DNA of 64,000 bases. It comes from a virus. Positions 28,902 through 38,645 of this stretch are shown here, piece by piece. A program made the position numbers and the translations under genes. Within the stretch, counting starts at the first letter, position 1. Every line of letters begins with the position of its first letter. The stretch lies in IMG/VR virus record IMGVR_UViG_3300032677_000006; one strand, 5' to 3'. Under the pieces are notes generated by a model. It made no database searches, was not told the origin of the DNA, and saw only the letters and a list, made by a program, of their open reading frames with translations.

Positions 28902-29865
28902 AACGTCGGGGGTCTCTTATTTCTAACATTTCGTTGAATATCTGTTCGGCGGCGCGCTGGGTCCGTTTATATTTGCGCGCCACCTCCACGACGGCATCGG
29001 GGTCCTGATCGCTGCGCTCGATGTCGCGGGCTATTTTTTGTTTCTCAACCAGCAGGGCCACGGCCTGCAAGGTTGGAAATTTGATCCGGTGGCCGCCAAA
29101 AATGGCCAGCACTTCCTTGCCCTTTTCGATGCCGATGATGTTGAACAGGTCGGGAAGAAAGGTGAAGCTCTCCGCCGCCATCAGCAGCTCGTACTCCGTG
29201 TACGGAATATAGGCTTTGTCGTAAAACGCCGTGCGCAAGGCCACCGTACACCACTCGTACAGGTACTTGCTGAATTCCAGGCTGAGACAGTAGGCGTAAG
29301 CCGCCGAGCGCACCACCGCCTGGCGGTCGTGCTCGTCCTCGACGATGCACTCCAGGGAGAAGCGCAGCGCGCCGATGATCTGCGGGTCGGACCAGCGACA
29401 GATGATGTCGGTGATCCGCTTGCGCACTTCCAGGGACAGGTCGTGCTTGTTGACTTCGTGGTCTTCGACGCCGTAAAACTTCTCCAGGTGCTCGCTGGTG
29501 ACATGATAGCGCTTGCGGTACTGGTTGACCTTGACCAGCTCGGATTTGAACGCGTTCTTGGCGCACTTGCTGAACCAGGAGAAAAGCTTGCCTTTCTTGG
29601 GCTGCCATTTGGCCAGCCACTTGATCACCTTCTCCTGGGCCGCGCTGACCAGGATCGGGAGGTCCACCGTGTAGTGGAAGTCTTCAAATTGGGCCAGGCG
29701 TTGAAACATGGCCGTGGAACCGATGACGATCTCTTCCAGGACGAGCATGGCCTCTTTGTGACGGCCCGTGGCATTCAACTGCTTCCACTGGACCGCCAAA
29801 GGCGTTAATTTGCTCGCCGGAAAGATGTGCTCGCCGTCGACGGGATTGGATGCTTTCTTAGCCAC
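28861..29865 (-). CDS. T4 gp55-like (late) sigma factor
   Basis: 'KWQPKKGKLFSWFSKCAKNAF' resembles sigma region 2 of gp55-type factors. Confidence 0.6.
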   Translation of the reverse strand: MAKKASNPVDGEHIFPASKLTPLAVQWKQLNATGRHKEAMLVLEEIVIGSTAMFQRLAQFEDFHYTVDLPILVSAAQEKVIKWLAKWQPKKGKLFSWFSKCAKNAFKSELVKVNQYRKRYHVTSEHLEKFYGVEDHEVNKHDLSLEVRKRITDIICRWSDPQIIGALRFSLECIVEDEHDRQAVVRSAAYAYCLSLEFSKYLYEWCTVALRTAFYDKAYIPYTEYELLMAAESFTFLPDLFNIIGIEKGKEVLAIFGGHRIKFPTLQAVALLVEKQKIARDIERSDQDPDAVVEVARKYKRTQRAAEQIFNEMLEIRDPRRYGEYGVFDEDSGQ

Positions 29866-30682
29866 CGGAAGGTAGGGTAACGAGGACGTAAACTTTGTCG
29901 ATCAAGGTGGCAAATTCGTCGTTTAGATCGGCGGCCACTTTGTCCCCGCGCCGGACGTACGGTTCCATCAAGAGCATGATGGCGTGCAGATTGTTGATGA
30001 TGGTCAGCCCGGGAATGTAAGGTATCTTGTCCCGGATGTAGGTGATTTCGTCAGTGCTGGGCTTGGTGCCTGACTTGATGGGCTTGGACAGCGCCGTCTT
30101 GGGCGCAGGTTTGGCCTCCACGTCCGTGTCCTCGCTTTCGCGGACTACGGCGGCTGCCGCCGGTGCGGGCTTAGCCGGGACCGGTTTAGCCGGGGCGGGC
30201 TTGGCTGGAGCCGGTTCCGCCGGGCGGTTGAGCGGCTTGAGTTCGGGTTTGACCTCCGCCTTGACGACCGGCTTGGGTTCAACTTTGGCGGCGGGCTTGG
30301 GTTCAGAAGGTTCTACTTTTGGGCGAGGGCTGACGGGTTTTTCCGGCGGCTTGGGTTTGGCGGGCGCTGTTTTCTTGGGTTCAGCGCTGCGCACGGGAAC
30401 TGGCTTTTGCATCAGTTCCCTGACGACCGGCAGCGGCGTATCCAGTATCAACACACTGGTGGCGCTGCCAATGATTTGCTGCTTGGTCAGCTTGGGCACG
30501 TCTTTGCCGGAGCGATAGATCGCCCGGGTGAGGTCACAAACCGTTTTGGAGTAGTCGGTGCCGTTCGGGCTGCCGTCTTGCACGGTTTCGGTTTCTTTGC
30601 ACAAGCTTGTGCTCAGTTGGGGTTCTTCCCGTAGTACGTCGTTTACCCGACGGTACCATCCCGCAGTCAGATCAGTGGGCAT
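29858..30682 (-). CDS. Hypothetical Pro/Lys/Ala-rich protein (start ATG 30682)
   Basis: Low-complexity PAKP repeats between globular ends. Confidence 0.6.
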   Translation of the reverse strand: MPTDLTAGWYRRVNDVLREEPQLSTSLCKETETVQDGSPNGTDYSKTVCDLTRAIYRSGKDVPKLTKQQIIGSATSVLILDTPLPVVRELMQKPVPVRSAEPKKTAPAKPKPPEKPVSPRPKVEPSEPKPAAKVEPKPVVKAEVKPELKPLNRPAEPAPAKPAPAKPVPAKPAPAAAAVVRESEDTDVEAKPAPKTALSKPIKSGTKPSTDEITYIRDKIPYIPGLTIINNLHAIMLLMEPYVRRGDKVAADLNDEFATLIDKVYVLVTLPSGG

Positions 30683-30836
30683 AATGTTAAGGCTTAAAAG
30701 CGAACGGCAACGTAGCAAAGAAATGACAGGTTGCCGTTCCAGGTACAGTGTTTATTAACTGGTCTTAGGTATACAGCTTAGGATCAGAGGTTTCAACAAA
30801 AATCGTACAAAAGTACTCAAAAATTTTTATCGAGCC

Positions 30837-31541
30837 TCAATCCGCCTCTTCCTGCCCCACGGCAGGCCGCCGACGGCGGTTGGTGCGGGTGGGCAGCGTC
30901 TCTTTTTCCGGCGCGGCTTCCTCGGCGGCTTCCGCCGCTTCGCCCGCTTCCGCCGCCGCGACTTCGGCTTCCGCCGTTTCGCTTGTCTCCGCCGCCGGTT
31001 CTTCGGTCGGCTTTTTGACCTTACCGGCCAGGTGGTTGTACGCCTCCGGGTCGTCGTTCTCGCTCGTGCCGTAGGGCATCAAGCGCTGCCGCAGCGCGTC
31101 TTTCATCTGCACTAGAGCTGGATTCCAGGCCCCATAACATTGGGCCGTGGCGATGTCGGTCTGAATGGCGTGCGGCAGCGTCCGCAGCTTGAGCGCGCCC
31201 GCCTGGTTGCGCTCCACGCTGATGCGCCGCAGCGTTTCATGGATCATGGGTTCCCGTTTTTCAGGCGACACGTGCTTCCAGGCGTGATAATCGAAAATCA
31301 GGATGAAGTCCGGCTTGTCCTTCATGAACAGCTTGAACTCGGGACTGATTTTGCGCAGCTTGACCGGCGCGCCCGCGCTGGGCTTGGTCTCGCCCTCTTC
31401 GTCGGTCTTGATGTAAAAGACCGCCTTGATCTCCACTTCCTCGTTGGTAAGGCTGCTCAGTAGCAGCTCTTGTTTTGCCAAAACGGACTCTAAAAGGTCC
31501 GTCAATTCCTTCTCCGTTGAGTACTCAGTAGTTGTTGCCAT
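30837..31541 (-). CDS. Phage putative metallopeptidase-like protein with degenerate HExxH
   Basis: 'PDFILIFD..W......RE.MIHETLRRI..PH.I....YGAW'. Confidence 0.55.
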   Translation of the reverse strand: MATTTEYSTEKELTDLLESVLAKQELLLSSLTNEEVEIKAVFYIKTDEEGETKPSAGAPVKLRKISPEFKLFMKDKPDFILIFDYHAWKHVSPEKREPMIHETLRRISVERNQAGALKLRTLPHAIQTDIATAQCYGAWNPALVQMKDALRQRLMPYGTSENDDPEAYNHLAGKVKKPTEEPAAETSETAEAEVAAAEAGEAAEAAEEAAPEKETLPTRTNRRRRPAVGQEEAD

Positions 31542-31548
31542 AGTAATT

Positions 31549-32874
31549 TTAAGTGTTAAGTTCCTCTTCTTCCTCTTCCAAACAGATGCTGCCGTCCAGG
31601 CCCGGCGTGTTGTCGCAGAAGGCAATCGCTGCCTTCCACAATAAGTCTACGTCAGCCTGGTGCTCCGCCATGAACTGCGGCCACTCGCTCCGGTACTTGA
31701 ATTCCGGGTCCTTGCGGCTGCCGCCCCGGCGGGGTGTCGGCAGGTCATCATCTTCGTCCAGGGTGGTGGTTGTGGCCGCCGCTCCGAACGTCGTCGGCGT
31801 GATGCCGTTTTTGTTGAATTTCAGCACGAAGCCGACGCCTTTTTCCTTGGCCCGGCACTCGATGAAGCCCAGGAACAGCATCGTCTCCAGGCGACTCCAG
31901 GCGTCGTTAAGGCCGCCCTGCTTGGGGTCGGTCAGCAGCACCATGCGGCCCTCGCGCAGCGGTGGCTTGATCCGGTTTTTGGACGTGTGGAAGCCCAGCT
32001 GAAAACCGGCGGAGAACTTGGCCGTCGGCAGCAGCTTGTACTTGGCGTCCATGGCCCAGAAGAACACCCGGTGGCTGGCGTAGAACCGCAGCGCGAAGCC
32101 GCCGCTCGATTTGTAGTCCTTGGGGTCAATCGCGAACGTGGGGCGCTTGGACGGACCCTGCTTGAACGTGGAACGCACCTGGTTGGTGCAGATCAAGCAT
32201 GCGTTGAGCGTGTTGATCCGGCGGACCAACCTGGCCAGGCCGCGACTGATCTGCTGCGGGGCGCGCGGAAAGTCCTGGGCGTCCCAGTCCGCGTTCAGCT
32301 CCTTGTTGGTGACCGTGCTGGCAATCGTATCCACGATCATCAGCGTGAACAGGGTGCGCTTGGGGTATTTGGCTTTCCACTTCTCGGCGCTGTCCAGGCA
32401 CTTGTCGAGGGACTTGAACATGTTCTCCGTGGTGTCGCACCGAAAGTTCACGAACTTGATGGCCTCACCCTCAAAGGTGACCTTGCCGTCCATGTCCAGG
32501 GAACCTTCATTGTCGATGTAGAAAACCATCGTATCCACGGTGGCCGGGTCAACCTCCTCGAAGCCAACCAGCTTGTTGTCGTCGTCCCGGATCAGCCTGC
32601 GAATGTGCTTCTGCCGGGCGCGGGCGGCGCACCGGATCGACATGGCTGTCTTACCGGAGCTTTCCAGGCCGTAGATTTCCACGATGCGGCCAAACGGCAT
32701 GCCGCCGACAATTTCGTCGAACGCGTCGATGCCGGTGGACAATGAGTAATCAACCTGGGACAGCGTTTCCTCGTCGGTATAACACACGTCCCACATTTGA
32801 TCCCCGTGGCTCGTGCTGGACAACGAGTTGAACAGCTCGTCCTGGGGATCAAGACTGGGTGCTTTCTTACTCAT
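31549..32874 (-). CDS. uvsX: RecA/UvsX recombinase
   Basis: STG..FD..GGMPFGRIVEIYGLESSGKT, IDNE, IVDTIA, TNQVR, GG.ALRFYAS.R. Confidence 0.93.
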   Translation of the reverse strand: MSKKAPSLDPQDELFNSLSSTSHGDQMWDVCYTDEETLSQVDYSLSTGIDAFDEIVGGMPFGRIVEIYGLESSGKTAMSIRCAARARQKHIRRLIRDDDNKLVGFEEVDPATVDTMVFYIDNEGSLDMDGKVTFEGEAIKFVNFRCDTTENMFKSLDKCLDSAEKWKAKYPKRTLFTLMIVDTIASTVTNKELNADWDAQDFPRAPQQISRGLARLVRRINTLNACLICTNQVRSTFKQGPSKRPTFAIDPKDYKSSGGFALRFYASHRVFFWAMDAKYKLLPTAKFSAGFQLGFHTSKNRIKPPLREGRMVLLTDPKQGGLNDAWSRLETMLFLGFIECRAKEKGVGFVLKFNKNGITPTTFGAAATTTTLDEDDDLPTPRRGGSRKDPEFKYRSEWPQFMAEHQADVDLLWKAAIAFCDNTPGLDGSICLEEEEEELNT

Positions 32875-34337
32875 TTATTTTTGCCCAGGTTGGTGAGGCG
32901 GCTGCGGAGCGCTTCAGCGTTTTTACCGGTACGGCTCACCGGCGGCGGCGGTTCACCGCCCTCGCTCTTGCCGCCGACCGGCTCCTTGGCTGGCGGAGCT
33001 GAATCCCGTTCCTCCTCGGGCAGGTTTTCATCTTCATCCTCAACTGACTGGGATTTGCCGCCCTCGGCGCGTGCCCGGTTGGCTGGAGACGTCAATTTGC
33101 GCCCAGCGGGACGCGGATCGTCCTCTGGGTCTTTTTCCGGTTTGCCCTCGTCAGCCCCTTCCGGGTCAGCGTCCCGGCCAGCATCCGGTTCCGGGTCCGG
33201 GTCTTCAGCTTCCGGCGGCGGATTCTTAGGCTTGCGCTGCGGGCCTAGATCACCGTCATCGTCATCGTCATCCTGGCGGGTCTTGGCGCTGCGCGTGGAC
33301 GTCTCTGTGGCAGCTGACCGGCGGCGAGGAGCTTCCTCGTCATCGTCCTCGCGACGGCGGCGCGGGGCTTCCTCCTCGGCGTCGGCCCGGCGGCCACGGG
33401 GAGCATCGTCATCGTCATCCCGGCGACGACGAGGAGCCTCACTTTCCGGATCACCTTCCGGGTCGGGGGCGCGGCGACCCCGGGGAGCTTCCTCTTCCGG
33501 ATCAGCAGCCCGGCGGCCACGGGGAGCATCGTCATCGTCATCAGCGGCCCGGCGGCCACGGGGAGCTTCGTCTTCATCAGCCGCCCGGCGGCGCGGACGC
33601 ACCGCGTCGGAGTCGCCCTGGCCGATCTTGCGGCTGGCGGCTTCGGCCTTGAGCAGAAACGCTTCCATCTCCTGGTCCGTGGGCAGCTTGATACGCGGCT
33701 CCTTGAGCAACGCTTCCAGTTTTTTGATGTGGGAGTCGAAGCTGGCGTCCTCGTCAAAAATAGGCAGGCTGTCCAGCTTGTCCAGCCGGGTGCGGGTCTG
33801 CGTGCGCATGACGCTGAAGTCATTGCCTTTGTGGTAGTCAAGCACACTGTCCTTCGACTTGCGGCCACCGGCCACGTAAAAGGCGTGCAGCTCCTCAAAC
33901 ACCGACTTGTTCAGGTTGAACACGTACGGGATCATGATCTCGTCCATGCTCATTTGCCTGCCGTTCTTTTCCAGCAGCACGCAATAGGTCATGTACTGCG
34001 GATTGGCCTTGAGGTTCCAGCCCCACTTGCTGACCACTTCGTCATGGTCGTCGTTAAGCTGGTCCGCCAGGGTGCAGATCGGACACTCGGTGTCCTGGTT
34101 GCCGCCCCAGTCTTCATCCGTCAGGCGGGGGCAGGTGAGGGGACGGCGATCCAGCCAGTGATTGGCCACGCGGGCGTACCACACGCCGGAGGGTCCCATG
34201 CGGGCGGGCAGGAAGCGCACCACGATAGTTTGGCCTTTCTCGATCTTGATCTGGCGCGCACCGCGCTGCTGGCTCTGGATGAACGCTGATTCTTTGTTCA
34301 GCTTGGCCAGGATTTTGGGGTCTAGGTTGTTGCTCAT
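32871..34337 (-). CDS. gp32-like single-stranded DNA-binding protein with long charged repeat tail
   Basis: VRFLP..H..C..CPIC..GNDF core; lies between uvsY-like and uvsX genes. Confidence 0.75.
   Translation of the reverse strand: MSNNLDPKILAKLNKESAFIQSQQRGARQIKIEKGQTIVVRFLPARMGPSGVWYARVANHWLDRRPLTCPRLTDEDWGGNQDTECPICTLADQLNDDHDEVVSKWGWNLKANPQYMTYCVLLEKNGRQMSMDEIMIPYVFNLNKSVFEELHAFYVAGGRKSKDSVLDYHKGNDFSVMRTQTRTRLDKLDSLPIFDEDASFDSHIKKLEALLKEPRIKLPTDQEMEAFLLKAEAASRKIGQGDSDAVRPRRRAADEDEAPRGRRAADDDDDAPRGRRAADPEEEAPRGRRAPDPEGDPESEAPRRRRDDDDDAPRGRRADAEEEAPRRRREDDDEEAPRRRSAATETSTRSAKTRQDDDDDDGDLGPQRKPKNPPPEAEDPDPEPDAGRDADPEGADEGKPEKDPEDDPRPAGRKLTSPANRARAEGGKSQSVEDEDENLPEEERDSAPPAKEPVGGKSEGGEPPPPVSRTGKNAEALRSRLTNLGKNK
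33318..33600 (-). repeat. Imperfect coding tandem repeat, ~7 units of (D/E)nAPR(G/R)RR
   Basis: Units such as DEDEAPRGRRAA and DDDDAPRGRRAA in the translation. Confidence 0.85.
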
Positions 34338-34374
34338 TGTGTTTGTGTCTGTATGTTTCAGTTGTACGACGGCC

Positions 34375-34827
34375 TCAGAGGTCCTCTTCTGCGGCCTTGC
34401 GTCGTGTTGTTTCGCTAGAACGGATTAAATCAATTTTGAGTTTGAGGGCCGCGATGGTTTCCGTAAACGAGTCCAGGCGGCGCTTGCGGTCGACGTAGAC
34501 CTCGAAGGCTTTGTCTACATCTGGCTCCAGCTCCACCGCGCGCTTGATCGCCTCTTCGGTGAACTTTTCGCCGTAGCCCTTGGCCACAAACTGGCCGCCC
34601 TTGAGATCGAAGTAGGCGCGCGCCTTGGCCCGGTCCAGGTCACGCTCGGCCCGCCAGCAGCGCTCCACGGCCCAGGCCCGCTGAATGCCCAGAAAAGCCA
34701 GGACCACCGGCAGCTTCAGGCTGGCCTCGGTGACATCCTCGTAGGGCGCGGTCAGCAGGTCCGTGATGGGTATGACCCGTCCCGCCAGGTGGAGGTGGTC
34801 AATGAGCGGCTCGGGGGCTTTAGGCAT
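34375..34827 (-). CDS. UvsY-like recombination mediator
   Basis: Helical 150 aa, 'KFTEEAIKRAVELEPD'; synteny with SSB and RecA. Confidence 0.55.
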   Translation of the reverse strand: MPKAPEPLIDHLHLAGRVIPITDLLTAPYEDVTEASLKLPVVLAFLGIQRAWAVERCWRAERDLDRAKARAYFDLKGGQFVAKGYGEKFTEEAIKRAVELEPDVDKAFEVYVDRKRRLDSFTETIAALKLKIDLIRSSETTRRKAAEEDL

Positions 34828-36058
34828 GGTGGGGCACCGTCAGGCTGGTTAAGCTCGTCGGCGTGGCTAGGATTTCGTCTACTTTGTTCAGAACCTCCTG
34901 GGCGTCGATGTCCAGCATGACTTCGCACACCTGCTGCTGACGGCCTTTCGGGCACTTGTCGTACGGAAAATAGCTGTAGGCGAAGCAGGGCGCGCAGCGG
35001 CAGGCGTCGCCGTGCCAGATGGCCCACTCCATGTACCGCTGGTCGTAACCGATCCGCGCTGCGGGATGGTGGGTGCCCCACAGGGAGACCGCCGGGGTGT
35101 TCAGCGCCTGGGCGATGTACAGCGGCGCGGAATCCAGGCAGACCACGGCGGACGCCCGGGAAATCAGCGCCATCAGGGCGCGGGTGTTGGTGCTGTCCAC
35201 GGCGTTGACCACGGCCTGGCCGAACTGGCCCAGGCGCTGGATAAATTCCCCGGCGCTGATGTCCGTGTCCGGCAGGCGCATGGTGGCGGTGCCGACCACC
35301 ACCACCGGGCGGCGCGTGGCCAGCAGGCTGATGACGTTCAGCCACTGGGTGTAGCTCAAGCAGCGCAGATTGGAATTGGAAAACGGCGCGACCACGATGT
35401 AGCCGATGTGGCGCAGGTCCACTTTCACCCCGTCCATCACCCGGCGGAAAAACGCGTCCAGGCTCAGGTAGTCCTCTTGTTTCAACACAGCGGTGGGACG
35501 CTTCCAGCGCGGCTCGATCTGGGTGTAGTCGAAGCCCAGCTGCTGGTACAGGGCGTCGTAGACATTCAGCTGATCCTGCTCCGTGTCCTGCTCGGTCACG
35601 GAATTGACAAACCAGTGGTAATTGTAGTGGCGCAGGGCGTCGTACTCCACCGGCCCGCACTTGACGCAGCCGTTGCTGATCAGCGGGCTGTGCGTCAGCA
35701 CGACGCCACGGTCGGCGAAGCCCATCAGGTCAATCTGCACGTTGTTGCTGGAGATGTGCTGGAGGTAGCCCAGGACGCCGGTCAGAAAGAGCAGGTCGCC
35801 CAGGCCGCGCTCCCGGCAGCGCTCCACCAGCAGCTTGCCGCCGCAGAGATCGGCTTTGCCGTGCAGCCGGTGGTACAAGGACGAACACTCAAACTCAGAC
35901 ACGGTGTCCAGGAACGGCTCGATGGTTTCCAGCCGGTTGGCGTTCAGGATGTAGCGCCGGTTGGGATTCAGCAGCCACGCTTCGTCGAGCGTTTGCTGGA
36001 AAATGACCGGTTCTTTGACGGTGGCGATGACCCACTGGGTGTTGATCGGTAGCTTCAT
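34820..36058 (-). CDS. Glycosyltransferase family 9 (heptosyltransferase-like)
   Basis: RGLGDLL; 'ALISRASAVVCLDSAPLYIAQALNTPAVSLWG'; C-terminal CAPC..C. Confidence 0.85.
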   Translation of the reverse strand: MKLPINTQWVIATVKEPVIFQQTLDEAWLLNPNRRYILNANRLETIEPFLDTVSEFECSSLYHRLHGKADLCGGKLLVERCRERGLGDLLFLTGVLGYLQHISSNNVQIDLMGFADRGVVLTHSPLISNGCVKCGPVEYDALRHYNYHWFVNSVTEQDTEQDQLNVYDALYQQLGFDYTQIEPRWKRPTAVLKQEDYLSLDAFFRRVMDGVKVDLRHIGYIVVAPFSNSNLRCLSYTQWLNVISLLATRRPVVVVGTATMRLPDTDISAGEFIQRLGQFGQAVVNAVDSTNTRALMALISRASAVVCLDSAPLYIAQALNTPAVSLWGTHHPAARIGYDQRYMEWAIWHGDACRCAPCFAYSYFPYDKCPKGRQQQVCEVMLDIDAQEVLNKVDEILATPTSLTSLTVPHHA

Positions 36059-36076
36059 TCCAGAAAGAGAACAGGG

Positions 36077-37603
36077 TTAAACGGCGATTGTTCCGAGAAA
36101 AGCGCGGACGGCTTCGGGCATCTGCTCCAGCTCCTGCTTTTTCCAGGCCCGCACGGTGGGCCAGATTTGTTTGGGCTTGAACATGTGGGCGTTTTTCAGC
36201 CCGGGGGCGATGTTGGGCAGCACGTCCTTGATCCAACCCTCGAAATCGTAGTCCGGGTCGTCGTAATGGCCGCCCCGGCGATGCTTGGCGATGGTTTCCT
36301 CCATCGTCCGGCGAGTGCCGGTGAAGTGGTAGATCAGCGACCGGGGAATGCGGCTCAGCGGGATGTAGGGGCTGCGGCAGGACGAAAAGGTGACCGTCTC
36401 TCCGATGTAGACAACCGCCAGGTCCGTGGCGAAGTCCACCGGGTAGCCGGGGAAGCCGATGACCGGAATCATCTGACAGGCAATGGCTTTGTGCCCCTGC
36501 TCCACGTATTTCTGGATCAGGCCCAGCGTGCCCGGAATCCACAGCTCGTCACCGTCTACAACCAGGATGTGCTGGTAGCCCAGGCTGCGTATCCAGCGCA
36601 GGCTCTCGTTGCGCACGCGCGTCTCCACCTGGATGCGGGTATCGAGGGCGACCTGAAACTGTTCCACATGGAACTTGCGGTGATGCACCGTCGCGCCGTC
36701 GGCTTTCACCGTCTCGATGACCTTGGCCAGCGCCTCGGTGTCTGCCGGTTCAATCGCCTCGCCGGACCAGTAGCGGTCCGGCTCGCAGAAGCAGAAGTCT
36801 TGCACGCCCTCGGTCATCAGGCGTCGGCAGACGTCCAGCAGGCAGAGATCGTCCTTGGTCACCTGCATGTAGGCGACATACGTGGTCTTGGCGTTCACCG
36901 GCTCCGGCGCGGCCTGCTGCGCCTTGGGGCCGTCGTCCAGCGGAAAGTTGCGCGCCTTCCGGAAATTGTAGAGCATCTGGGACGCGTTCCAACGCTCCTT
37001 GGACGCGTGTAACCGGTCGTGGTCGTCGCGGTTGCGCTTGCCGCAATCCGGATGTAAATGCTCAAACAGCAAATGGTCGGCGTTAATAACCACACCGTCA
37101 CGCCGGGCGACGTCGCCAAATTCTGTGTCGTTGAACATGGACCGGTATTTTGGGTAAAACACGTAGCCGAACCGCTCGTAGCGCTTGCGCGTCAGGATGG
37201 ACAATACGAAGATGTCATGCACGTAGCCGTCCTCGACCTTGACCACGTACTCGCCGTCCTCCCAGCCTTTCGGCTCCAGGCTCAACAGCAGTTCGTCCCA
37301 GTTGCGGGGCGGCACGAAATCGTCGGCCACGCAGATGATCACTTTGCCGGTCGTGGAGGCGCAGGCGACATTCCAGCCCGCGTTGCAGTCGGGACTGCCG
37401 GTGTTTACGACCACCAGACTGCGGTCATGCGATTCCAGCGCGGCCAGGGCTGCCTTGAATGAAGCGTCGTCATCCTGATCCACAGAAATGACCCATTCGT
37501 GGTTCTTGCTGACTGAGCGTTCGTTCCACAGCTTAACCACTTCCGGTATGGTGGCGGGGCGCACGCTAGTGTAGGCGAGAGAAAATACAGGTGTGTCAGT
37601 CAT
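36077..37603 (-). CDS. Two-domain GT-A (family 2-like) glycosyltransferase (start ATG 37603)
   Basis: Two DxD-type motifs (VADDF, VDGDE); 'FEHLHP'. Confidence 0.75.
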   Translation of the reverse strand: MTDTPVFSLAYTSVRPATIPEVVKLWNERSVSKNHEWVISVDQDDDASFKAALAALESHDRSLVVVNTGSPDCNAGWNVACASTTGKVIICVADDFVPPRNWDELLLSLEPKGWEDGEYVVKVEDGYVHDIFVLSILTRKRYERFGYVFYPKYRSMFNDTEFGDVARRDGVVINADHLLFEHLHPDCGKRNRDDHDRLHASKERWNASQMLYNFRKARNFPLDDGPKAQQAAPEPVNAKTTYVAYMQVTKDDLCLLDVCRRLMTEGVQDFCFCEPDRYWSGEAIEPADTEALAKVIETVKADGATVHHRKFHVEQFQVALDTRIQVETRVRNESLRWIRSLGYQHILVVDGDELWIPGTLGLIQKYVEQGHKAIACQMIPVIGFPGYPVDFATDLAVVYIGETVTFSSCRSPYIPLSRIPRSLIYHFTGTRRTMEETIAKHRRGGHYDDPDYDFEGWIKDVLPNIAPGLKNAHMFKPKQIWPTVRAWKKQELEQMPEAVRAFLGTIAV

Positions 37604-37622
37604 AATTCTGTTCTCAAAGAAC

Positions 37623-37940
37623 ATGAATCAAGTACTGCTGCGCGACGCCGCCGCCCTGAAAATGCGCTGCGTGGCCCTTTCCGCCAAAGCGGACCCGCTG
37701 ATCGCGGCGGCGGGCTTGCTGAACGAAACTTTGGCGCTTAACCGCGCCCTGCTGGAATTGGTCCAGCGCGCTTTAACCGAAGATGAAACCGCCAAAAATA
37801 CTCAGCCAGCTGGTGGACCAGTACCAGCAGAAACACAATCGCCCGCCGGAACGGATAGTCGTCCACCCGGCGGCAGCGGTCATCCTGGCCCACCGGCGGT
37901 CCCTGGGGCCGGTCTGGAACGGGCTGCCCGTGGTGTGTGA
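37623..37940 (+). CDS. Hypothetical protein (uncertain, overlaps next ORF)
   Basis: GTTCTC 7 nt before ATG 37623; helical N-terminal half. Confidence 0.4.
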   Translation: MNQVLLRDAAALKMRCVALSAKADPLIAAAGLLNETLALNRALLELVQRALTEDETAKNTQPAGGPVPAETQSPAGTDSRPPGGSGHPGPPAVPGAGLERAARGV

Positions 37941-38031
37941 AGAGGTCAAGCCGGTAGAGCTGGGTCACCGGCAGGCGACCGCGCTGGGCGTTACTGTATA
38001 CAAAAACGCCCTGATTGGGTTTGACCTGTGA
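37783..38031 (+). CDS. Hypothetical protein
   Basis: 82 aa, GTGA overlap with the FkbM gene. Confidence 0.55.
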   Translation: MKPPKILSQLVDQYQQKHNRPPERIVVHPAAAVILAHRRSLGPVWNGLPVVCEEVKPVELGHRQATALGVTVYKNALIGFDL

Positions 38032-38645
38032 CCAGCTTCAGCCAATACAACGAGGACAGCCTTGTCGCCGACTTCTTTGGCAGCCACGTCGGAACTTTTC
38101 TGGACCTCGGCGCGGCCAATGGCATAAGCGGCAGCAACACGCGCCGCCTGGCGCTCAATGGCTGGAGCGGCTGGATGGTGGAACCGCTCCACTGCCAGTT
38201 CAGCGAACTCCTGGAGAACTACCGGGAACTGCCGAGCGTAAACCTGCTCAACTGCGCCATCAGCTCCGACGCCCGGATTTTGAAGTTCACCACCGACGGG
38301 CACCTAAGCACCGGGGCCTGCTGGCAGGTCGAGCGGCGCAAGACCGAGACTCCCGGTCTCTCCTGCCATTACCTGGCGTCGATCACGCCCGCATCCCTGT
38401 GGCAGCTGACCGGCCAGCGGCCTTTCGACTTCGTCAGCATCGACTGCGAGGGCCTGGACCAGGAGATCATCCTGGCGTCGCACCAGCTGCTCAAGGACAC
38501 GCGTCTACTTTGCTACGAGATGGGCAGGCCCAACGGCCCCTACGACCCCGCCTACGAAGCCAGCATGCACCACGCCGTCAGCCTGCTCGGTTTCACCCGC
38601 ATCATCGGCACAACCACCGGCAACACCCTGGCAGCCCGACCATGA
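38028..38645 (+). CDS. FkbM-family methyltransferase
   Basis: SQYNED, FLDLGAANG..SNT..L...GWSG.MVEP, FVSIDCEGLD. Confidence 0.88.
   Translation: MTSFSQYNEDSLVADFFGSHVGTFLDLGAANGISGSNTRRLALNGWSGWMVEPLHCQFSELLENYRELPSVNLLNCAISSDARILKFTTDGHLSTGACWQVERRKTETPGLSCHYLASITPASLWQLTGQRPFDFVSIDCEGLDQEIILASHQLLKDTRLLCYEMGRPNGPYDPAYEASMHHAVSLLGFTRIIGTTTGNTLAARP

Noticed and set aside
38015-38641. N-terminal half of the 423-aa ORF 38015-39286
   Set aside because: It overlaps the FkbM gene in another frame; the real methyltransferase starts at ATG 38642
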